Below, piece by piece: positions 57,595 to 64,000 of a stretch of DNA of 64,000 nt; position 1 is the stretch's first letter, and the number at the start of each line of letters is the position of its first letter. Source of the stretch: a bacterium (GTDB taxonomy: Bacteria; Desulfobacterota; Deferrisomatia; Deferrisomatales; BM512). The notes beneath the pieces are model-generated. The model was not told the origin of the DNA. It did no database searches and saw only the letters and a program-made list of their open reading frames with translations. Where the stretch lies: positions 11,595 to 75,594 of the forward strand of contig SCTA01000017.1 of assembly GCA_004322275.1 (NCBI GenBank), read 5' to 3'. A program made the position numbers and the translations under genes.

Positions 57595-60500
57595 CTAGCT
57601 GTCGAGAACCTCACGAACCTTCAACCCCAAAGTCTTCAGCGAAAAAGGCTTCTGCAGAAAGCTCACTCCTTCGTCCAGTACTCCCCTGTGGGCTATTACG
57701 TCTGCGGTGTAGCCCGACATGAAGAGGCATCGAAGCCCCGGCTGGATGGCCAAAATCTTTTCGTAGAGTTCCTTGCCGTTGATCTCGGGCATCACCACGT
57801 CGGTGACTAGAAGGTCTATGGACCCGGCGTTTTCCTCGGCCAGCCTTATGGCCCTGGCCGGGCTGTTGGCCGCCAGCACGCGGTACCCGAGAGCCGTCAG
57901 GCTTCTCTTGCCCAGGTTAAGTATAGCCTCTTCGTCCTCTACGATCAGCACCGTCTCCCTGCCGCCCTTCGGAGCTTCGGCGTATTCGCAGAAATTATCC
58001 GACACGTCGGCGTGCGCCTTGGGGAAATAGATGCGGAAGGTGCTGCCGAGGCCGGGCTCGCTGTAGACGTTTATGAAGCCGCCGTTCTGCTTGACTATGC
58101 CGTAGACGGTCGCCAGGCCGAGGCCGGTGCCCTGGCCGACGTCTTTGGTGGTGAAAAAGGGGTCGAATATTCTGGTGAGCTTGTCTTTTTCTATGCCGCA
58201 GCCGTCGTCGGTGACGGTGAGGAGGACGTACTCTCCGGAGGTAAAGCCGGGGTGCCCTTCGCAGTAATGGCTGTCGAGCACCACGTTGTTCGTCTCTATG
58301 CTTACGTTTCCCGCGCCCGATATGGCGTCGCGGGCGTTGGTCAGTAGGTTCGCCAGAAGCTGGTCTACCTGCGAGGGGTCGATCTTCACCCTCCAGAGAC
58401 CGCTTCCCGGCTTCCAGTTGAGCGCTATGTCCTCGCCGATGAGGCGGCGGAGCATCTTCAGCATCCCCGAGACGGTGTCGTTCAGGTCGAGCACCTTCGG
58501 GGCCACGGTCTGCTTGCGGGCGAAGGCCAGAAGCTGGCGGGTGATGTCCGCCGACCGCTTCGCCGCCTTTTCGATCTCCTCCAGGCTCTCCCGGAGCGGA
58601 TTTTGGGGCTCGACCTGCTCCAGGGCAAGTTCGGTGTGGCCGAGAATTACTCCCAGCATGTTGTTGAAATCGTGGGCGACGCCTCCCGCGAGGCGGCCTA
58701 CCGATTCTATCTTCTGCGCCTGCAGAAGCTGGGACTGGAGGCGGTCCTTCTCCTCCTCGGAGCGCTTTTGCTCGGAGATGAAGCGCGCCTGCAGGACGTT
58801 CTGGTAGGCCATTGTGGAGATCTGTTTCGCCAGAGTGTAAAGGGTCTGCGCGACCCTGCGGAACTGCTCCTGCGACATCGGGGGGACTTCCCTGAAGGCC
58901 TCGATGAAACCCTCCTCGTCGGCCCCTATATCTCGCGCGTACTCCCGCATCTTCTCTTCGGTCTGCGATTCGTCCCTGACCTGCCCGATCAGCCAGTTGG
59001 CAACGTGCCTTCCGCCGACGGTTATGCTCGCGCCCGCGTCCCACAGCCCGCCGCTGAGACAGGGCCGCACCGTCGGCCCGGTGGCGTTGGCGCCTCCGAT
59101 TACCGCGTCCGAGCGGTAGCAGCTGGACAGTCCCTTTTCGGTCTTGCGGATTATCTCCGAACAGAGCCGGGTGAAGTTGCTGGGCCGGGTGAGGGGTTTT
59201 CCCTCGGGGTCGGTTATTATCGAGGCCACCCCGGCGGCGCTGGCGAACTGATCCTGTAATTTCTGCATCTCTTCGATATTGAGGAGTTCTTCAAACCCTA
59301 TGCCCTCCGCCTCGTCCAGCGGACGGGTCAGCTCTTCCATCCGGCTCTTTAAGGACAGCTCGGCGCGCTTCCTTTCGGTCACGTCACGAAAGACGCAGGC
59401 AAACTGCCCCTCCTTCGGCCGGTAGGCGAAGACCTCGAAATACTTGTCCAGTTCGCCGCTGTAGTTCTCGAACTGGGCGGGCTCCCCGGTAAGGGCGACC
59501 TTCCCGTAAAGCTCTATCCAGTAGGATTCGGTTCCGGGGAGCACTTCCAGCACCCGCTTCCCCAGTATTTTTTCCGCGCTCAGCCCGGTCTGGCGCTCGA
59601 AGGCGGGGTTTACCGACAAGAAGCGGTAATCGGCAGGACGCCCGTCTTCGTCGAGAACTATCTCGTGAATCGCGAAGCCGTCGAGCATGCCGTTGAAAAG
59701 GCCCCGGTAACCCGCCTCGCTCTCCTCTATCTTTTTCTGGGCCTCGTATTCCTGCGACTGGTCCCGGAAGACCAGCACCACGCCGGTTATCCTGCCCTCT
59801 TCGTCATGGATCGGCGCGGCGCTGTCGGCGATAGGCCTTTCGGTGCCGTCGCGGGAGGAAAGAACGGTGTGGTTGGCGAGCCCCACGATCCGCCCGTTGC
59901 GCACTACTTCGCGGACGGGATTCTCGACGGCCTTCCGCGTCTCCTGATTGAAGATGAAAAAGACCTCTTCGAGGGGCTTTTGGTACGCCTCCTCCTTACG
60001 CCAGCCGGTTAGCTCCTCGGCCACACCGTTGAGCAGCTCGACGCGGCCTTCGGCATCGGTGGTGATTACTCCGTCCCCTATGCTCATCAGGGTCGTGCCG
60101 TATCTCGCCTCGCTCTCCCTCTTGGCCTTTTCCGAGGCGAAGAGAACCCGGTACTGCGCCTTGGCGTTTCGCTCCCACACCGTCCTGACGGCGACGGCGA
60201 CGAAAACGCCGGTCCCCGCGAGCATGAAGAGAATGAGAGCCGAGCGGAACTGCCACTCGGCGAAGGCCTCGCTCATGTCCACCTTGGTGACCATGTGCCA
60301 GGCGGTGCCGGGAACCGGATTTAAAACGGAGAGCACCGGGACGCCGCGGTAGTCAATCCCCTGAAAGACCCCCTCCCTCCCCAGCACGGCCTGGACAGCG
60401 GGCAAATTCTCTCGCGTGAGGGGTATCCGGAACTTGAGGGCCGTACCGGTCCGGTGGCGAAGCTCGTTGAGGTAGAGGACGTCTTCGCCGTCGCGGCGCA

Positions 60501-61131
60501 CCAGCAGCGTCTCGGAGGAATCGCTCGGCACCGGCCAGCTCTGGATAAGGGGGTAGAGGAACTGGTTCGCGTCGTTTTGCAGGATGAGAAGGCCTATATA
60601 CCTCTGCGCTCCCTTCTCCTCGGTAAAAAGCGGCGCGACTACGCTGAGGTGGGGGTGTTGTCCGTCGTCCTCCGTGTGAATCTGCGTGAGAAAGGGCCTT
60701 CGCTGGGCGATGGCTTCCTGAATGGCGGGGAGGGCGATATCGTGGACGTGGCCCGGGTTGCCGCTCAGGGTGAAGACAACCTTGCCGGTTGAATCGGTTA
60801 AAAAGATGTCGTTGTAGGCATAGTGCATCTGCATCGCCCGAAGGCTCTGGCGGAGGTCTTCCGTCATCGCCTCCCGGCGGGGATTTTCAATCCAGCGCGC
60901 TATGGACTCACAATAGTAAGGGCTGTTCATGAAGAGCACGGCCTCGCTCAGCCTGTCCTCCCGCCAATGTACTATCTGGTCCACTTTCAAGCTGGCGATG
61001 GACTGGAGTTTTGCCTCCGTCTCCGCCCTGAGCTGGCGCTCCTGGGCGCGGTAGAACAAATAACCTCCCCCCAGAACAACCGCCATAGATATGGTAAAGA
61101 TCAAAGTCAGCCAGCGGGGATATTTGGCCAT
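57595..61131 (-). CDS. Hybrid sensor histidine kinase/response regulator (Cache-like periplasmic domain, multiple PAS, PocR-like domain, HisKA, HATPase, REC)
   Basis: Two TM segments flank a periplasmic domain of about 270 aa. The PocR-like segment is [20 protein letters not shown]...[30 protein letters not shown]. The H box is VAHDFNNML and a receiver lies at the C-terminus. Confidence 0.9.
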   Translation of the reverse strand: MAKYPRWLTLIFTISMAVVLGGGYLFYRAQERQLRAETEAKLQSIASLKVDQIVHWREDRLSEAVLFMNSPYYCESIARWIENPRREAMTEDLRQSLRAMQMHYAYNDIFLTDSTGKVVFTLSGNPGHVHDIALPAIQEAIAQRRPFLTQIHTEDDGQHPHLSVVAPLFTEEKGAQRYIGLLILQNDANQFLYPLIQSWPVPSDSSETLLVRRDGEDVLYLNELRHRTGTALKFRIPLTRENLPAVQAVLGREGVFQGIDYRGVPVLSVLNPVPGTAWHMVTKVDMSEAFAEWQFRSALILFMLAGTGVFVAVAVRTVWERNAKAQYRVLFASEKAKRESEARYGTTLMSIGDGVITTDAEGRVELLNGVAEELTGWRKEEAYQKPLEEVFFIFNQETRKAVENPVREVVRNGRIVGLANHTVLSSRDGTERPIADSAAPIHDEEGRITGVVLVFRDQSQEYEAQKKIEESEAGYRGLFNGMLDGFAIHEIVLDEDGRPADYRFLSVNPAFERQTGLSAEKILGKRVLEVLPGTESYWIELYGKVALTGEPAQFENYSGELDKYFEVFAYRPKEGQFACVFRDVTERKRAELSLKSRMEELTRPLDEAEGIGFEELLNIEEMQKLQDQFASAAGVASIITDPEGKPLTRPSNFTRLCSEIIRKTEKGLSSCYRSDAVIGGANATGPTVRPCLSGGLWDAGASITVGGRHVANWLIGQVRDESQTEEKMREYARDIGADEEGFIEAFREVPPMSQEQFRRVAQTLYTLAKQISTMAYQNVLQARFISEQKRSEEEKDRLQSQLLQAQKIESVGRLAGGVAHDFNNMLGVILGHTELALEQVEPQNPLRESLEEIEKAAKRSADITRQLLAFARKQTVAPKVLDLNDTVSGMLKMLRRLIGEDIALNWKPGSGLWRVKIDPSQVDQLLANLLTNARDAISGAGNVSIETNNVVLDSHYCEGHPGFTSGEYVLLTVTDDGCGIEKDKLTRIFDPFFTTKDVGQGTGLGLATVYGIVKQNGGFINVYSEPGLGSTFRIYFPKAHADVSDNFCEYAEAPKGGRETVLIVEDEEAILNLGKRSLTALGYRVLAANSPARAIRLAEENAGSIDLLVTDVVMPEINGKELYEKILAIQPGLRCLFMSGYTADVIAHRGVLDEGVSFLQKPFSLKTLGLKVREVLDS

Positions 61132-61270
61132 GAACGCCGTCCTCCAATTGCAAGGCTGAACAACTGCCAGCTTGATAAAAAACAATAGCCGGAAACACGG
61201 TTTGTCTAACCGCGCCTACGGGTTTTAAATACATCCATTCTCAATATCTTGTCCAGCAATTCTCTTTTTG

Positions 61271-61458
61271 CCCGCGCCCGGGAAACGACCCTTCTTCGCT
61301 CTACAAGCTACGGCCAGACGCAGCTTTGGAGTTTTTACAAGGCGCGGCTTTTCGTTCCCGGCGAGGAATCCCGCAGCGAAAGGGCGAGACAGTAGCAGCG
61401 CTACGTGGAGCCCTTGAGCGAGGACATGACGACGCCGGGGACGAAAAGGATGCGCCGG
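61271..61458 (+). repeat. Composite repeat (B-end/C-like fragment + type III element about 61348..61458)
   Basis: The sequence runs cgcccgggaaacgaccc..ctacaagctacggcc.., then cttttcgttcccggcgaggaatcccgcagcgaaagggcgagacagtagcagcgctacgtggagcccttgagcgagg. It ends 6 nt from the pirin stop. Confidence 0.9.
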
Positions 61459-61464
61459 ACAATA

Positions 61465-62322
61465 TTATTTAATGAAAGTCCCGTTCCTGTACTCCTCAAA
61501 AGCAACCTCCAGCTCCTCCTCGGTATTCATCACTATCGGCCCGCCCCAGGCCACAGGCTCGCGTAGCGGTTTTCCGGAAAAGAGCAAGAAACGAAGGGAC
61601 GGCGACAGGGGAGTTGCTTCTATCGGACCGCCTTCATGACCGTAAAGAATCAGGCTCTCCGGCCCGGCGCTTGTTTTTCCCCCGCTCCCCTCCGCTTCGC
61701 CGAAAACGCCCTCTCCCGAAAGGACGTAAACGCCCACGGTGTGCCCCTCTTTGACCCTTTGGACGAAAACGCCTCCCTCCACGGAAACGTCCATGTACAG
61801 TGGGTCGATTACTATATCCCGCACCGGCCCCCATACTCCGCCGGCCTCTCCGCTGATTATCCTCGCCCTCGCTCCTCCGGGGAGCCGCACTTCGGGTATC
61901 GTGGCCGCCTTTATGTCCCGGTAGCGCGGGTTCATCATCTTTTGCGAAGCGGGGAGATTGGCCCAGAGCTGAAAGCCCCACAAAAGCCCGGACCCGGTCT
62001 TTTTGGGCATCTCCTGATGTATCACGCCGCTCCCGGCGGTCATCCACTGCACGTCGCCGGGGCCGATCGCCCCGCTGTTGCCGAGGGAGTCGCCGTGCTC
62101 GACGCGCCCTTCGAGTATGTAGGTTATGGTCTCGATGCCACGGTGGGGATGCCAGGGAAATCCCGCCACGTAGTCCAGGGGATTTTGCGAGTGGAAATCG
62201 TCCAGCAAAAGGAAGGGGTCGAAGAGAGGAACCTGGTGGTATCCGAAAGCTCTTTTCAGGTGAACGCCCGCCCCCTCTACTGTGGGCCGGCTCTTGAACA
62301 ATCCGGTTATCTTCCGCGCCAT
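61465..62322 (-). CDS. Pirin family protein
   Basis: The sequence GFPWHPHRGIETITYILEGRVEHGDSLGN is the bicupin pirin signature. Confidence 0.92.
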   Translation of the reverse strand: MARKITGLFKSRPTVEGAGVHLKRAFGYHQVPLFDPFLLLDDFHSQNPLDYVAGFPWHPHRGIETITYILEGRVEHGDSLGNSGAIGPGDVQWMTAGSGVIHQEMPKKTGSGLLWGFQLWANLPASQKMMNPRYRDIKAATIPEVRLPGGARARIISGEAGGVWGPVRDIVIDPLYMDVSVEGGVFVQRVKEGHTVGVYVLSGEGVFGEAEGSGGKTSAGPESLILYGHEGGPIEATPLSPSLRFLLFSGKPLREPVAWGGPIVMNTEEELEVAFEEYRNGTFIK

Positions 62323-62405
62323 CTTTCCGCCTCCTTCCGCTTTGGTTCTCCCTTAATTCTAGTCCGGCTGCGCGCTTACGCCATTGACTCCGGCTGTTTT
62401 TCCAA

Positions 62406-62435
62406 ACAAAAAAGCCCCGCTCGGGCGAGCGGGGC
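62406..62435 (-). terminator. Rho-independent terminator after the small cytochrome c gene
   Basis: On the minus strand, GCCCCGCTC-GCCC-GAGCGGGGC is followed by TTTTTTG. Confidence 0.75.
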
Positions 62436-62460
62436 TTCAGATTTAAAAAGTGCTTCCGTG

Positions 62461-62964
62461 TTACTGCTTTTTGGGAACGGAGACGGTCGGGATGGTCGGT
62501 TTGGACTCCGCGGGGGCGGAGACGGTCTTGAATTCCTTCATGTCGACCTTCTCCTGATGGCACATCGCGCAGAACTTGCCGAGCTCGCCGGCCTTCTTAA
62601 CGTCTCCCTGGAGGTACTTGTAGCTGGGGTTGGAGGGATGGGGATCGTGGCAGCTTGAGCAGCCCATAGTTCCGTCGGCGCGGAGCAGGTCGGCGGGCAC
62701 CTTCACCTTTACCGGCTTTCCGCCCACGGGGTGAGTGGCGGAAATGATTATGGGCATTATGCCCTCTTCCTTGTTGTGGCAGCCGAGGCAGAGGGGAATG
62801 TCGCTCTTCTCGCCTTCGCCCTTCGGGGCGACTCCGATTATCGCTTTGCCCTTGGCGTAGTGGAGAGAGTGGCAATCCGTGCAGTTGTTGTCGTGGGGGC
62901 CGAAAGCCAGAGCGTACCCGGAGGCCATGACTACAGCCGCCGCCAGCAGAATCTTCGTTTTCAT
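62461..62964 (-). CDS. Periplasmic tetraheme cytochrome c
   Basis: It has a signal peptide and four CXXCH motifs (CTDCH, CLGCH, CSSCH, CAMCH) in 167 aa. Confidence 0.8.
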   Translation of the reverse strand: MKTKILLAAAVVMASGYALAFGPHDNNCTDCHSLHYAKGKAIIGVAPKGEGEKSDIPLCLGCHNKEEGIMPIIISATHPVGGKPVKVKVPADLLRADGTMGCSSCHDPHPSNPSYKYLQGDVKKAGELGKFCAMCHQEKVDMKEFKTVSAPAESKPTIPTVSVPKKQ

Positions 62965-63094
62965 TTTATGTTTTCTCCCTTGAAAAGTTATGAACGGCGT
63001 CTGCAGCCGTAAAATTCACGTAAAAAAATCCGAAGGGAAGGTTATAGCCTTACCTGGAGAAAGTTCAAGGCTCATAAGTTCGGCGTGGAATTTT

Positions 63095-63751
63095 TTATCG
63101 GCTCTGCTCCGCCCCGGCGGCCGTTTTTTCTTCCTTCACCACAAGATAGCCCCCCTCCGGGGCGTTCCGGGCGAGGCGCGCGATGATTCCGGCCGCGTTC
63201 GATTCCCCGCGGTTTACGTAGCAGGGCTTTGACTCCCGCCCGAACTCGACGGTTTCGGAAGATTCGGGAATCCCGGCGAAGAGAAGGCGGCTTTCGGGCC
63301 ACCTCTTGCTCGGCTTGAAGGTGTATCTTTCGGCGAACCGGGCCGCTCCTTCCGTTATCTTTCTGGCCAGACCCGGCTCGCAGGGCTCGAAGACGACGGT
63401 GTCGTGAAAGATGTTGGGCTTGACCCTCGACTGGTAGTCCTCGGGGGCAAGGCCCGGCAGAACCGCAGCGTCCTTTATGCCGAGGCAAAGGGTGTCTACG
63501 TACCAGCCTCCGACGAGGAGCTTGCCGTCGGGAAGGGTGCGCGCCAGCAGGATGTGGGCAAGCCCCCTTTCGCGCCAGCCTTCGCTTATCACGCACTCGA
63601 AGACGGGGTAATCGGAAGCGTTCGCCAGAAGCTCCGAAAGTCCGGTGTTTTCGGACGCGGACCGCTGGCGGGCCTTTTGCTCCCTGATCTCTATTTCCCT
63701 TTTCTTCCTCTTTTCGGCGGCCTTCTGGCGCTGGCGAGGGTCCTTTGCCAT
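63095..63751 (-). CDS. Hypothetical protein with a Lys/Arg-rich N-terminus
   Basis: The internal Met MAKDPRQRQKAAEKRKKRE gives a coherent 218-aa ORF. No recognisable motif is present. Confidence 0.45.
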   Translation of the reverse strand: MAKDPRQRQKAAEKRKKREIEIREQKARQRSASENTGLSELLANASDYPVFECVISEGWRERGLAHILLARTLPDGKLLVGGWYVDTLCLGIKDAAVLPGLAPEDYQSRVKPNIFHDTVVFEPCEPGLARKITEGAARFAERYTFKPSKRWPESRLLFAGIPESSETVEFGRESKPCYVNRGESNAAGIIARLARNAPEGGYLVVKEEKTAAGAEQSR

Positions 63752-63964
63752 TTTTACTCCTTTGGATTTTACGGACAAACTCTCAGGGGCAAGAGGATAG
63801 ACGCATTTGCCTTTGCGGGTCAACGCGCCTTCGCCAAAAAAACAAACCGCTTGATAGAACCGGACCACTCTGATACCCTCTAGTCCTGTATGGTCTTTCC
63901 AGGCGGGATTTAATAAAATTCTTTAATTACGATAGCTTACATATTCCGGCCTTGGCTTCGGAAG

Positions 63965-63996
63965 ATATCCACAATTGTGGACAACGCTGTGGATAA
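63965..63996. promoter_or_regulatory. Cluster of three DnaA boxes at the window edge (oriC or dnaA promoter region)
   Basis: The boxes are ATATCCACA (63965-73), TTGTCCACA on the minus strand (63976-84) and a perfect TTATCCACA on the minus strand (63988-96). An AT-rich stretch at 63905-63950 precedes them. Confidence 0.6.
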
Positions 63997-64000
63997 TTCC

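Overview
This is a high-GC bacterial chromosomal window. The gene content fits an anaerobic, multiheme-cytochrome-rich Desulfobacterota/Geobacter-like organism, but that taxon is inferred from gene content only. I can support about 55 CDS, almost all core metabolism and housekeeping. They include alaS, pilT-like, recA, thpR, the CinA C-terminal domain, pgpA, hemL and a split atpI/B/E operon. There are two phenylacetate-CoA ligase paralogs and an etfBA + membrane Fe-S oxidoreductase + cytochrome c module. Also present are meaB, an iorAB / livKKHMGF / paaK arylpyruvate-amino acid cluster, queE, two pseudouridine synthases, dnaJ, dapF, pgeF-coaE and rho. The rest are four multiheme cytochromes c, two large paralogous hybrid histidine kinases and a pirin. 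I found no rRNA, tRNA, CRISPR array, transposase, integrase, or recognisable phage-defence or toxin-antitoxin genes. I therefore cannot point to a clear novel multi-gene system. Five things the ordinary gene calls do not explain stand out. (1) A dispersed, hairpin-forming intergenic repeat family has one conserved core and three different self-complementary arm types, mostly docked 2-11 nt after stop codons, and it also brackets one gene as 146-nt direct repeats. (2) An in-frame TGA falls at a Cys-rich motif of a secreted phosphoesterase-like/tetraheme cytochrome gene, which is either a selenocysteine candidate or a pseudogene. (3) An ETF - Fe-S oxidoreductase - membrane-anchored multiheme cytochrome operon is present. 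(4) Three DnaA boxes sit at the extreme right edge, suggesting oriC or the dnaA promoter just outside the window. (5) The ATP synthase c subunit has a signal-like N-terminal extension and a partial Na+-binding signature. All coordinates of shortened starts were derived from the supplied ORF track by codon arithmetic.
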